Positions 40,158-54,680 of a stretch of 64,000 nt of DNA are shown here, piece by piece; within the stretch, counting starts at the first letter, position 1, and each line of letters begins with the position of its first letter. The notes beneath the pieces were generated by a model. The model was not told the DNA's origin. It saw only the letters and a list, made by a program, of their open reading frames with translations, and made no database searches. The DNA is from Chrysomallon squamiferum (taxonomy: Eukaryota; Animalia; Mollusca): contig CM022677.1 of the NCBI GenBank assembly GCA_012295275.1, positions 12,028,001 through 12,092,000 on the forward strand. The letters are read 5' to 3'. The position numbers and the translations under genes are program-made.

Positions 40158-41834
40158 ATGTGTATTTATATATGTAATGTATTTGTTATGTTTGTGTTTG
40201 TCATGGTGTTGCTTGTGAGTGTATGCACACGCGTGAACATATCTATCTATGCATACAAAATGTTAACAAAAGTAATTACTGAAATAAAATTATAACTAGA
40301 AATTATGTTAGGAGGTTGGTGGAAATTATATGGAAGATATAGCAACTCCCCCCAGCTATGTTACCCACCACTATTAAAGTGTGTTCCCATGAGTATAATG
40401 TCAAATGAGTATAATTGCAAACTGAAGTCTTTTTAAAGTGTTAGACAGAAAAGCTTCAAGCACTGACTGCTGCACGTTATATAGTTCAATAGTATAGTTC
40501 AAGACACTACGCCCAGCATACAGTGTTACTTACTGCTGTGTTTTGTACAGCAATTACTTCAAATAACGCAATTCAATATGAATAAAGACTTTTGTAGACT
40601 ACTACGCCAGAAGCCTTTTTGGATCCAGCACTGATTTAAAATGTTATCATTTCGTGTTGGGTAGATTGTACATAATGTGACTGCGCCCTTTCCTATTTTC
40701 ACATCAAACTTCTGTTGCTCATGAACTAACTGAGAAAATGAAATATTGTATTTGGTGCTTCGTAAACCAAATATAAAATTTCCCACTGAATTGTTTAAGT
40801 AATATTATGTCACGACTTTAAAAAGAAAACAACAATAATTAACAACTGAGGTTACAAGTGTAAATCACAAAATATTGTTGGATCAAAAGAAATTATCTTT
40901 ACACCAAAACTAGCATGTAAGTAAACTAAGCTGAAATCAATAACATGACACCGAATCAATTTGTTTATCAAGTTTAAATGTTCTACAGAATTATCCAAAC
41001 TGCAGTTAGAATTAAAATCTGTTTTCTTTGAAGATTCAGGTTTGTATTTTTTATAAAATCAGGAGCGTTTTAATGTTTTAACCATTCTGTTTTATACAAT
41101 AAAGATCAGATTGTTTTGATGATTTAGGTTTACTTAAGATATTTGAAATGTAAAACATACTAGGATGTATTCTAGAAGAAAAGAAATGGTTTAATTTCTT
41201 GTGGATAAATCAGCTCCCTTCTGTACCATTAGATATATTTTACAGTGATTTAGGGTAAGGCTTTCCTTGTGAAATGCTGTCTGTTACCTGTATTAATAAT
41301 TTCAGTTTGCCTTCGAATTAAAAAAAAGTCAGAAATTAGTTGTCATAGTTCTCCTTTTCATATCCAGTGATATTCCGAAACATAATAAATGATCTCATTA
41401 GACATAATTTTACAAGTTATGGATTTTCAAGTTATGTTTGTAAATTGGTGGTATACTATTCATTCAAATAACAGAGAATATGTAAACTTCTGTATCAGTA
41501 CTCAAGTATTAAATCTAACGAAAAGAGATATTAAGAAATAAAAAAATAGCAAAATGTGGATGGTTGATTATTAAGGACAATATTAAAAAGCTAGTGTTTT
41601 CAAAAATCTGGATATCAAAATAATGCAATATGCTTTATATAATGTTCTTTGAAGTTTGGACATACAGCAATTATATGATATTGCATAAAATGCTAGAAAC
41701 ACAAACATTTTTGGTTTAGAGTAGTTTCATAATGCGTATGTAGTGTATATGAATTGTCGATGATTATTGCTATTTTATTTTGGAGAAAAAAATTTGAACT
41801 TGCAACAAAAAATATGATTGACATATTTACTGAA

Positions 41835-44800
41835 ATTTCCTTCACCACATATTGTCAGAAGCATATGGTTTAGAAATGGAACAAACTTTCAACACACAGG
41901 ATTTAACTTGTCGTTGACACCTACACATGAAGACAATGGAGTCTGGTACAAATGTTCAGCTGGGAATCTCTTCACAGACAGAAGTGGACAACAAATACCT
42001 GAATCTAATTCTCTTCACATCAATGTATATTGTAAGTTGTTAACTAAATTTTGTTTTAATTCTTTTATATTTACTTATTTATTTATTTAATTATAATGTT
42101 ATTTGTTTGTTTGATTGTTTGTTCATTATGACTTTCACATTAATTAAATAAGTAAGTAAATAATGTTAAAATTATTTATAAAGTTAGTTGAAGTAATATT
42201 TGATACTTCCATTGGATATGCTGATCTCATCCCTACAAATATTAAACAGAAACATGTACATACTAATTCATCTGCCTTTGATAATACTTTCTCATTATAT
42301 AATAACTGTTATTCTGGCTTCACGTTTATAGTTTTCTGTGGAATAATTCAAGTTCTGTACATTGTAAACTATGTTTTCTGTTTCCTCTTAGTTTATATTT
42401 TTTTACTTTTATTTCAATGTATGTAGATGCACCCAGAGTGAGAATTTTATCAGAGAGTCACATCAGAGTTGAACTTGGAAAACTTGTGATACTACGCTGT
42501 ACAGCTGACAGTAATCCAGACAGTGTTGTATTTGAATGGCGAACTGGTACAAAACACCTCACTGACGGTTCTCTGTTTCAAATCTCCTCATTTCAACAGT
42601 CAGACCAAGGAGAGTACACGTGTTCAGCAACTTCAAAAACTTCTTTTAACACTTCAATGTCAGGATCTGCCAGTGTCACTGTTACAGGTAACTTTATTTA
42701 CACTTTTTTCATGTCACCTTTGTTAGCAAGTACAACTGATTTTGTTATTGTTTCCATACCAGTCAGAACTAGCCAGTGTCAATTTTTATATTAGGACTTT
42801 AGTAAAATGTGGGTGCAGGTCTGTCTATATATGAATATAAACACGCACACACACAAACACACTCATATACATGTTATTCACATTTAAATATATTGCAGAT
42901 GAAATTAAAACAACATAAATCATTTTTCACGTTTTAGTTCTTGAATCAGCTCCTGAATGGTGATACTTCACAAATGTGTTAGAAACTTCAGTAGATCTCA
43001 AGTGGAAGTACAACACAAACAAGTTCACTCGATTCACTGTTGAACAACGCTTGTCTACTGAAGACCAGTCTATCAGTCTGCAAGTGTCAGACAATAAGAC
43101 ACACGACAAGACTTTTTCTTTACACATTTCTCATCTCAAGTCCAATTCTTCCTACCACTTTCAAATTTACTCTTCTGCAAAGAAAAATGACAGCCGTTAC
43201 TGTTTGACTCTTTGTACCACTTTAACAACAATAAATTGTAGTAAGTAAAATAGCATATACAGTTTTCGATTCTTCATCTAAACTTTCAGCAAAATATTTA
43301 CTTTTATTTTTTTTCGTTATGTGTTTTTGTTTGTTTGTTTGTTTCTTTCTTTTTTTCTTTGGGTTTTTGGGTGGGTTTTTTTGCAGTACTTATTTACAGG
43401 TTCTGGTGAATCTAACATTGTCTAACTGTTTACGTTATTTAGTGAAAGATCTTTAGAAGAAAGAATTGTAATAATTATAAAAACAAATAAAGCAAACTTA
43501 AACGTTAAAGCGAATTTTTTATTTATGTGTTGAACTTGTTATTGTAATTACTGTAGAAGAATCTTCGTCCATGGCACAATTGGAACTGGAATTGGTCTAG
43601 TAGCAGGAATACTTCTGCTCTGCTTTCGTGCAACAATTATTCTACTTATCCTCAGGAGAAGAGGTTACACCATCCGTAGTCAGTTAAATTTTGAACTCAT
43701 TCATTAGTTATTGTTTTGTTGTTTTGAATATTTCATATTTATTTTATTGTAGTTTTTAATTATTTATTTTAAAATTATCTTCTTTCTTACTTTTTATTTT
43801 GAATATTTTTTCTGTCTCAAACTTCATGTGTGTGTGTGTGATTGTGTTCATTTATTTATTTGTATAATTGTTTCTTTCTTTTATCACTGGCCGTTTTAAA
43901 ACAAATCAGATCCTATTATTTCAATGTAAGAGTACTTATTTAGCTTGTAAAATACAACTATAAATATATCTTACAGGTTCAGACAGCAAAAATGAAACTG
44001 AAATAAGTGAGTACTTTGTTAAAATATTTCTGATTACTACTGTGATAAGAAATATTCAGTGACTATTTACTATGTTACCTGCAGACCTTGTTTGAAATCG
44101 ACACTATGTCTAAAGTGCATAAAAATATCATATCATTATTTATGTTTAAAATAAATTTTGCTGTAAACTTGTATCAGCATCGAATAAAATATCTGCATTG
44201 CTGCATTAACATAAATGTATCTGCAAAGTATGTGATTGTCTCGTTAATGAAATGCTGCTAAAACCAAATATACTTGAATGAGATACCAGTATATTTTTGT
44301 TATTATGTTTCACAGATATCAAGACGTATCTATGGGTTCAGTCCAGGAAACAGCTGTTCGTTCAGGTAAAATAAGAAACCCAGTGTTTTGAATATCTTTT
44401 TTAGATCCTAGTTTTACTAGAGCACTTTCCTTTGCAAAGAAGTTGTCTCTATAATACATAAAACGATACAAATTGAAGTAGATCTTGAAACACAAGTCAA
44501 GATGATTGCGGAAACTCAAAATGAGATGCCAATTTTTCATACACATTAACGAATCTTATGCTTAAACCCATACACACAAAGAGGCAGACAGGTACATACA
44601 ATCATATATTTTATTAATTTCGTGAAGAGCTTGAACAATTAATAAGTAATTTCAACAAAGACTGAAATAACATTATCAGGTTTGTTTTATATACAATAGT
44701 TTTGTAAATTCAAAGAAACTGCAGTAAATTAAATGAACTAAAAATAAGCGCTTAAGATTTTTTTCCAAATGCCGGTAACAATTTCTGTAATAAATATTTT

Positions 44801-44968
44801 CTAGAAAATATAACGGAAAAATACTTTATCAAAATGTGTACAAAGAAAATGTGTTTATGAAAATATTAATAAATTTATAGAACATTCTCAAATACCTACA
44901 ACTCAGTACAATCACGTGATGCACCTGCGTATGAAAAGCTGAAGGTGTCTGATAACAGACCGAGTTCA
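41835..44968 (+). pseudogene. Ig-Ig-FN3-TM receptor, 3' portion, disrupted
   Basis: Ig exon ~41835-42031 (WFRNG..EDNGVWYKCSAGN). Ig exon 42427-42687 (LRCTADSNP..FEW..DQGEYTCSA). FN3 exon 42938-43240 (TGA at 42961-42963; SVDLKWKY..ISHLKSNSSYHFQIYS). TM exon 43557-~43676 (GIGLVAGILLLCFRATIILLILRRR, out of phase with the FN3 donor). Small cytoplasmic exons 43977-44006, 44316-44365, 44881-44968. Ig/FN3 introns are phase 1. Confidence 0.78.
42427..42687 (+). CDS. Immunoglobulin (I/C2-like) domain exon
   Basis: C..W..DxGxYxC signature, AG/GT bounded, phase 1-1, open frame. Confidence 0.75.
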
Positions 44969-47616
44969 AGTAATAACATTTATTTAGAATTATTCACTTT
45001 TATTTATCATATTAAAATTTATCCAACAACGATGACAATTGATAATAACTTATTCCTATGTTGAAATAAAATTTGTATTTGTAAAGAAAATCTGAAATGT
45101 TTTTATTCCCTATTCGTTATCAAGAGTTTTATATGCCAATACTACTAATAATAATAATGATGATGATGATGATGATGAATAATCATAAGCATATTTTTGA
45201 AACGTGTTAGAAATCAGACTTGAAGCTATACATAACAAATGGATTTTCACGTGCTGAGAACGATACAAAACTAAAACAGCATCTAAATCAGGACTTTGAT
45301 TTGTTGTAACTTTTGTTTAATTAATCTCTTATCAAGACGATAGACCTAAAGGGATGCAACTCTTGTCTGATATATTACAACGTTTTCAAGTTAACTGGAG
45401 ATTACGATTTGCCTGATCTAGAAACATATTCTATAATTATAACAAAACCCAAAAGTTTTTATTTTGGTTTTCTCTTTGTACCATTGAATATGTGTGGGCT
45501 TTTTTTTTAAGACAAAATTCAAACAAAATATATTGTCCATTATAAAGAAAGTTTCTAGGTTATGTATGTTTCCAGAATGTGTACACGTGCATGTTAATTT
45601 AATAATTTTATATTATTATACAAATACAAACACGTCACATGGAACGATTATCATAAATATGATACGTGATGTAAGATGAAAAGAACTCAACTGATAAATA
45701 GAAAGAATATAATAAACCAAACTATAATTAGATTATTTATTAATATTCAAAACATTTAAATTTAAATTGTATTTAATAAATAGAAACGTTGCAGATAAAG
45801 TTGTATCACTTTAAGTAAATCAGTTAATAGCAAATGAAATTTGGCAATTGTGTTCTGTTACTTTAACGAAAGGATATAATAAAATAAAGTGAAATGAATA
45901 AATATGAAAATTGTAGTCGCTTTTATACAATGACAGCGATGTACTAATGATGCGACACAATAATTTAACATATTTACTTAACATGTTTGCTGGGGGGCTT
46001 TCCGCAACAGTCATGAAACAATGATGCTATAATACGTACTTCCCTTCATTCTATAAACATGTGCTTAATTAATTTTCATAGCTAACACTAGATTGACCGA
46101 GAATAATTTTATCAAAGTCAGAAAGAAGTAGTCTCTCTATAATAGAGAGAGCGCTGTAGTAATAACGTGACACAATAAAATAACGTACAGAGAGCACAAC
46201 TCATTCACCCGTAGAAAAGAGGTTTAGTCACAACATACTAAACATTATTGTGAATAAAATTCATGTACACAAAACGCAAAACCTTCATTCAGTTTGTGTC
46301 CCGGTTAGAGCTGGTTTTGTGTTCAAACAACTTAAACTTTTGTCACTATGTAATTATGTAAACTGCACGACATATTATGACAAGTGAGTGAATCGTGCTG
46401 TGAAAACCCAGTTTTAACTAAACTGTTCCGAATGAGGTAAATATTACAGTATGCAACGTATTTGAATATTTTAAAAAATGATCTTCATTTCGGAAAATAC
46501 AATGTTGACTCATAACTATAATTGTCGATCTTTTTAAACAAATACCATTTTTAAAATACCTCGATTATTATAGGGACCGTTCTGAAATGAGATTATCTCT
46601 AACAAAGCATGCTTCATAATAATTATATCATTCCTTGTATTCCAAATACTAAGTCTCAGTTTTCTAAATGATGATATATATTTAGAAAGGATACATTATA
46701 AAAATCTGGCCGGTAATTTGTCTTTTTTCCTTTTTTCTTCGTTTTTTACGTGAACAGTATAAAATAAACTCCTCAAAATCTTCACAGATTTTTTGCTCAA
46801 AGCCTTCAAGACACAGTCTCTACTTATGATCATGCCGAGAAGTGATATGGCTAAACAACTTTGATTATGATTAACAAAGGTGAGGTAAAGTGAGACAGTG
46901 TAAACTGCTCCCTCAATGCGGATTTAATCTCGTAAATATAAATATAAACCAAAGAGACAGTAGCAGCTACAATAAATTATACAATGGGCGCACTGGGAAG
47001 AATTTGTCTTGTTATCTATGATACCTCGGCTCTGCACTTTCCGTCAATAGCCCCTTTCTACTTACAACACTTGTAGCATTGCTATATTGTTAGGAATCTC
47101 AAAACGCTCTCCTAATTACCTATGAGAGCGGTACGCTTTGCTCGCTCTATAAGTTATACGCCTCTTTTCGCTCTGCAAATAATCACATGAAAAGATTTCT
47201 TCGCGCTGATCTATAGAAATAGCCTGAATAGTGGACACACCGAAGTTCTTTTGCAAATTATCGTTTAGAAAAAAATGTATGTCGTACACCTATTTTATTT
47301 TATTTTTATTTTACGAAGATCAGTTAACGTATCATTAATTAGTAATCACATTTGTATGACTCATCAATAATTTTATTTTATGACAACGACAACAACAACT
47401 GTAATAATAGATTATGCAGTATCATATTCACATGAAAACACATCAAGTTGAGCTTTTATTTTTTATTACGATCTTGTGAAATGCAATGTTCTGCAGTGCT
47501 AGAGAAATGTACAGTGGCAGTTTGAGATGTTGTAGTGTTACAACTCACTGACACACACTGCAGAACTTTACAAAGAGCAAAGCAAGGTAGTGAGAAACTA
47601 GGTCAGATTCCAGAAA

Positions 47617-47695
47617 ATGTCAGTTTGGATCGTTTCTACAGTAATGTTATTCCAGATAATGGTGATCTTCTCCCTGACTGTGAACAGTATTTTAG
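47617..47695 (+). CDS. Signal-peptide exon of an IgSF gene
   Basis: aaaATG; MSVWIVSTVMLFQIMVIFSLTVNSIL then G|GTAAA phase-1 donor, compatible with exon 53381. Confidence 0.6.
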
Positions 47696-48205
47696 GTAAA
47701 GTATTTGTTTTCTTTGTAGCCTCTTCTTCAGTATTAATTTATTAATTTTTTTTATTAATTTATTTTCTTCTAGATTTAGATTAAAACATTATTGTCAGCT
47801 AATGAGGTCGCATAATTAGACTGGATCCAGTTAAAGAAAGACGAGTATGCTTTGGTACCGAGACTAGAAAAAATCATTTAATAATGCAACTTTATTGTGT
47901 GTTTTTCATATCAAAATATCAGCAAATTACAAATAATTATCACAGACATCCACCGCAAGTCTAACTTCACTTTCGTCTACAAACTAAAATAGATCTACTT
48001 GCTGTTATTTTAAAATTTATCTGAAATTATACAAAATACTTCTAGCCACAGTGTATATGAAAACATGTTCAAACAAGTGTTTATATTAAACATAGTTTCG
48101 CTATGTTTGGATAATTTTCGTGGAAATTCTGATTCGTCAGTTCTAATCATTTTAAATAAATCTAAAATTAAGATTATTATCATCCTCCTCCCTCTCCAGC
48201 TCCTC

Positions 48206-48265
<60 letters not shown>

Positions 48266-48876
48266 TGTGTCGAAGATACATAATATTGTCATTGTTTAAC
48301 GTAAAACGCTGTTATCTATAAGACAGTTTCATTAGACACATTTCTTTTCCGCAAACTTACTAAAGATTTTTGTTATCATACTGATTCTTACATATATGCA
48401 ATCCTGAGATTATCTAGTCTCTATATACCGAAAAGATAAAATAACGACAAGTATTAAATAAATATGTCTTCATAATTATAATCAGTAAATAAACTTAGCT
48501 GCCGATGTCTGCAAATCATTAAAGATTTCTCACTGTCCAAAGGAAAATATGCGATGAGGAATTCTAAAGGAAATTTTTTAATGTTTTAGTTACGTTAATT
48601 AGCGGCCAAGATAAGACACGTTTTGTGTGACAAACTAACTACCCGAGTAGCTACTTCTTTCTTTAATTCCGCGGATTTCACCGACGTCCGCAGTAATCTA
48701 ATACACGGGCTTCGCGGCTGAGACGAGGCGAGTTCAAGTCTGGTTCGGGAAGCGACAAGCGGGCGGTTGACAAGTTTGATGAACTTGGAGGTCAAAGGAC
48801 AGACCTTGACACTGTGGCCTTTCTTTGACACGCAGTGATAGCGTCATTAGGTAGCGTAAGTTAAGTTGTATAGGCC

Positions 48877-48940
<64 letters not shown>

Positions 48941-49084
48941 TATACATAAATAAACTGCACTCCTTCTGATGTATTATTTATCTATTATTATACATACATC
49001 GCACAATTTATAACTGACCAGTCCTTGTCACACTGTTTTATTCCCCTAGACAATTAGCACTTTAAACACTTTATTATCAGTAAC

Positions 49085-49154
<70 letters not shown>

Positions 49155-50066
49155 TTTTTTATTTTTTTTTTTTTTATTTTGGCATGATTACAGTGGTAAA
49201 GTTACTTCACTGTAGTGCCTCTTTTCCTTAATGTCATAAGAATTTTTTTATTTTATTTAATGGTTACTCCAAGTCTGACTGATAAACTTTATACAGCTTA
49301 GATTAAAATAGAACCTACACTATGGCTAGAGTGCTGTAGTAATAATGATGTGACACAGCAACTCAACCTAGATAAAGTACAACTCGTGTACCCGGAAGAA
49401 ACACGTTTAGTCACAACATTCACAATGGCGCTGTTGAGATATTTACTTGTTTCTCTTACGATTATCAGATCAGCAGATAGGTTTTTTAAAGTTTTACGCT
49501 AGAAAAAAAGTCGCCTGACATTTATGTAACACTAGCCTGTACGCTGAGACTCAACCTGTGTTATTTATTTCATATAATTAATGTTTGGTTCTTCATTGTG
49601 AAATAATTTTTGTGATATTAGAGAGACATATTCAAGTTTTCCGAATGTTTCATACTTTGGATAAAAACTTGTATGTTTTTTGTTAGTGTTATTTGTCACG
49701 GACCGTTCTCTGTACGCCTACAGAACAGAGAAACAATAATCACTATTTCCTATTCTACGACTGTCAGTATTTAATATTAATTTATAAAGTAATCTGAGGT
49801 GAGTATGTTCCAACAAGATAAATTAAGATTACTGCCTCCTGCTCGGAGCTTTGTTAAAACTGGTAACTCTATTGTCATGTAATATGACCATATATGGCAA
49901 CTGCTACCTGGAGTTTATAGGAAACATTCTCAGAATATAGAGGTTATTCTCTGCCCTTTATAGTACAAGACTTTAGTTAACTGTTAATAAAGATGGTGAC
50001 ACTTTTTGTGAGGTTTCTGTTTTCGTTTGTTATGATATTTCAATTTCGTATTGATTAAATATAATA

Positions 50067-50740
50067 CAGTGGTACTTTGACTTACGAGTTTAATTGGTTC
50101 CGTGACCGAGCTCGTATCTCAGTTTGCTCGTATATCCAATCAATTTTCCCAACTGAAATTAATTGAAATACCATTAATCCGTTCCAGACCTTCCAAAACC
50201 ACCCCTATGTTTTGTAACGTGTTTTTAAATAAGAAAAATGTATTTATAAATGACAAATTTTGTTTCAAACCAAAATAAAAGAGAATGTAAACTGGATTTA
50301 ACTTAGAGATCAGACAAATTATTTTAACGCCTTTGGCTGGAGTTACAACCTTTATCGACTCTTTTAGCTTCAGCATGGTGCATATCGTAGAAGTACTACG
50401 CTCGTGCTGCCTAGCCAAGTCGACTACATGCACGCCTCGCTCATGTCTCGCTTCTTCTTCTCAGCACCGTCCTTTTCACTCACTTTCTTAATAGCCATGT
50501 TCAGAAAAAGAAATTTGGTATAATACTGCACAACACGCGAGCAGAACACAACAAAGATGCTTCCGCGCCGAGGTAACCACGTGAAGTGAGACGCTGGATG
50601 CTGGCCGGATATTGTGTTGTTCGCTGCGCCTACTAGCGACGGCGTCTCTGAAACTCGCTCGTAACTCGGATTTTGGCTCGCAACTCAAAGCATCGAATCG
50701 GCCGGCCGACTGCTCGTAACTCGAGAAACTCGTAAGTTAC
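50067..50740 (-). mobile_element. Internally deleted Tigger/pogo DNA transposon with N-terminal HTH remnant
   Basis: TA-cagtggtactttgacttacgagttt terminus and partial inverse (aactcgtaagtt) at ~50727-50738; minus-strand MAIKKVSEKDGAEKKK..HERGVHVVDLARQHERSTSTICTMLKLKESIK..PAKGVKI resembles the CENP-B/Tigger N-terminal helix-turn-helix. Confidence 0.82.
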
Positions 50741-53380
50741 CTCAGTATTTATGAAATTTAGTAATACAATATTCTTTTCTCTCTCTCTGCATTAATCTTT
50801 CCATAGTCAGTGGTTACCTGTACATTTTTCATACTGAAAAATGAACTAGATCTGATTTATAAGTGGTTAAGAAGCAATGACCAGAAAATAGATTGACCGA
50901 ATACACAACACCTAAATCCTAAATACGGAAGTCGTTATTTGATATCGATATTCTAAAGAATGAAGTTGTATTATTAATTATTCATTATCATTACAAATAA
51001 ATAAAATGTTTAAAAAACATTTACGATAATATCGGCTCGAAATACAGTTTCAACGGATCTGATGTAAATATGTCTGTCCATCCATAGTCTATCTGTATGT
51101 CTGTCTCTCTGTATTTATGCCAGTTTCTTTGTTAATTTTTATATGTTAATATTGTGAAGTGCATTAATTGTGAGATCTTCGGTACTGACAGATACGCGCA
51201 GTGTACACATCCGGCCTGACTCAGTATCGTCGCAGGCTCAGTCTAACAAGAGTGAACAAACAAACTACACCCGCCTGACACCATTACATAGCATCACAAG
51301 TACCACAGACTGTCCAGTTTAACAAACGTATACACTTTTTATTGAAACTTCTGTCTTCTGGAATGTACTTGTAATGTGCTCGCTTTGGATATCAGATAAT
51401 GTACAAGCAGAACATAATATATTCTTTTATCAGGGATTATCTTAATTAAATATCTGCCTAAATTAGAAATGCTACAGCAAGAGAGAATAAAATGGCACAA
51501 AAAGCAGGACCTAAGATCATCAGTCAGCAAATATGCAAAGATATCGCGTTTTTTCAGGTACAAGTGATCTGAATAAATATATTTCATTAGTTATTGGCCA
51601 TAATATAGCTATTGAACTTCAAAGATTAGGCATATTGGTTGTGTGGTCACTACTTCGAAATGTCTGTCAGTGTGCCTTGTGATTAATGATTGAATTCATC
51701 TGAACAATGCACTTTCCAACGCTGATACCTGTAGAATGATAACTCCTAATTAAATCATTATCAATCATGCTAACATTGCATAAAATGTTTGGTATTTGGC
51801 AAAAACTGTGTTACTGATGCAGTTGAAAAAAGGATGCTCTCAGCTTGCATCAGCACAAAATTACTACAAAGCCTTAAGATTGGTCTATTTGGAGCGTGTC
51901 AGGTGTGTGTTTACTTAATTATCATATACAGGTTTGTTTTCTGAACTTTTTAAAAGAGTATCTATGACAACAAATATTCAGGTCACCATTAGCAGGTAAG
52001 ATTACAATTTAGGTAGGACAGACATTAAGAATTAAAAAACAATAATCAGTAATAAATAAACAGCAACCATGTTACCATCAGTCAAAGTCCTTCAGTAGCA
52101 AACCCATCAAATACTTCTGTGAAAAAAATAAAGGAAATTAAGTTGCCATGGTGCCTCTACTTTAAGGGAAATGTTTGTATTGATGCAATTACAACATTCG
52201 TCTTTAAAAAAAAAAAAAAATTTCCCCCTGTGTGTATGTAATTTGTTTCAATGCAGTCCTTATTACAAATGAAATGTCCACTATTTCATAGTTATATTAT
52301 AAGAACTGAGGTGTCTTCCACCTGCAGAAAAGACTTCACTACTAAATAATAACATTTGGCATGTGTGTGGCAGTTTTAAGGATCCAAAAGTGGGTCTTGT
52401 TGGCATTAAAATGTAAATTAGTTACACAAGGACATTTCTTTGATCATTTAATATTAGTAGAAAGATGCTGAGGTATCGCCTCACCTTTTAATTTTGTAAA
52501 ATATAAATACTACGGTTTACTCAACCAAACAAAATCCCAAACTTTCAGTTTCATTTGTATATCCAATATAAATGTATTTGCATACCAAAAGCATTAGAAA
52601 ACCTTGATGAACTATTTCAGTAAAGTTTCTTAAATATTTCTGTGCAACAGAATGTTTTCACAGGAAAGAGCACTCAACAAGTCATTTTTATTATTATAAA
52701 ATCATCAGAGGAACTAAGACTGTACCTTGATGCTGAGGAAAAATGCAGCAGCCTTTACAAAAAAATATTTCTATCCCATGAATATTTAAGATTTTCTAAT
52801 TTATCCCTTCTAAATGTGTTTCATCATTTAGATCTTTTCACTTATTAATTTGGTAAAACAACTTTTCATAGTACAAAGAGAAGGGAAGTTTTGAGTTCTC
52901 AAAGATTTAAATTTTAATCATGTGAATGGTCTAGCAGCAATGGATATTTACCAACTTGGGTTCACTTAACAATGTGGGTGTACTTTGCAGATATATGGAA
53001 GAAAATTGAGGTTTGTTTGAAATGGTAACAGCGTGCAAATCGCAAATTAAGTATTAATATCATGGAATTATTCTACTGAAAACCTAGAAATTGTGATCAC
53101 TGAAATCAGGATAAAAAGATCTACAGTTATAGATAGGTTGTATTTCCAAAACAGAAAGTCACTTTGGAATTATCTACTACCGGTGGAATCCAGTGAATGT
53201 TAGAAAATGGAATCCATTTATTTTATTTTAAATAAAATTGACATGTGACCTATGGAAATGGCAATACTCCCTTGGAAATAACTGTATTAGCACATATTTT
53301 TTTCTAATATTGAAATAATTTAGCAAAATGTAGAAAAATAACAACCAACTGAAACAATTGTATTGTGCATATTTTTGCAG

Positions 53381-53686
53381 GTTTGATGACCTTAACAGGT
53401 GTTGCCAGTGGTGTGTTGAGTCAGATCTACACATTCCAGTGTTCTGTATCAGGCAGCATCACTTCACCTGTCAGCTTTCTAAGAAATGGAAATACTGTGT
53501 GTTTACTCCTGTCACACTGTGGTGAAGTCAGTGTTCTGCCTGGTTACCCTTGTACATGTGCTGGTCAGACTGGAACTTCTAAACTCCTCAATCTGACAAT
53601 AAACAGTGTCAGTCTTGAAGATGAAGCTACCTGGACATGTACCTATGATACAAGTGCTAGCAACAGATTTGATTTACCAGTTTGGA
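53381..53686 (+). CDS. N-terminal Ig-like (V-type, Cys-rich) domain exon
   Basis: ttttgcAG acceptor, GTAAGT donor, 306 nt open phase 1-1: YTFQCSV..VSFLRNG..VC..C..YPCTC..LNLTINSVSLEDEATWTC. Confidence 0.75.
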
Positions 53687-54396
53687 GTAAGTTATTTGTT
53701 TTTAATATGATAAAATAATACATTTTATTTATTTTAAATGTTATTCTTTGTTCTAGCTACCATTTTATTCCATTAAAGAATTATGTTTTATGTTACAGCA
53801 GGTTGGATATAAAATGAAAATATGTGAAACTGTAAAGTCAGCAAAGACAATATATTTTCTATTTTAATTTTTAACATCAAGGTATTAATTTATTATTATA
53901 TATATATATACAGCCTTTACAAAGAAGGAAAGAAAAAAAACTTCATCTTTGTTGAAAGCTCAGAGAAGAATCCTCAGTAGCTTGAATAGATGATGTTATA
54001 TATGCCATAAGTTATCCTTCAGTCTCTTTCACAAGTTTTCCTGAAGTGTATATATATATATATATAAATGTCAACAATGTTAATCATTATGTAACTTTAG
54101 TTGATATACAAGATAGAGGCTAACATGACTGAAGTTGGTGAAGTAGTTCCAAAGATAGGCCATTTTCAAAAATGTATGGCATCTGATTACTATAGGATTT
54201 CATATTTGGTGATCTACAACATAACAAAAAATAAAAGAACAAAATATTTCTGTTCTAAGAATGGAACTTTAACCATTAGTTTACTTATTCTGTAAAATAC
54301 ATGAGTTGAAATATGCAAAAAATCCAAGCACTTATTTACATCCTAATTAAATAAAATGAATACAGTGTGTGTGTGTGTATGTGAGAGAGTGAGAGC

Positions 54397-54469
<73 letters not shown>

Positions 54470-54609
54470 TAATCATATTTGTCCACCTCTGTATATTTTG
54501 TGTTATGAACCATATCCAGTTTCTATTACACACATTTGTTTTAAAATGTCATGTTAAAAAAAGAATGATAGTTCTCTGCTCCAGCTTACATACCTACACA
54601 CCTGTAGCT

Positions 54610-54676
<67 letters not shown>

Positions 54677-54680
<4 letters not shown>

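Noticed and set aside
40550-40790. Possible decayed Ig exon (GSSTDLKC)
   Set aside because: Multiple stops and too little signature to support a call.
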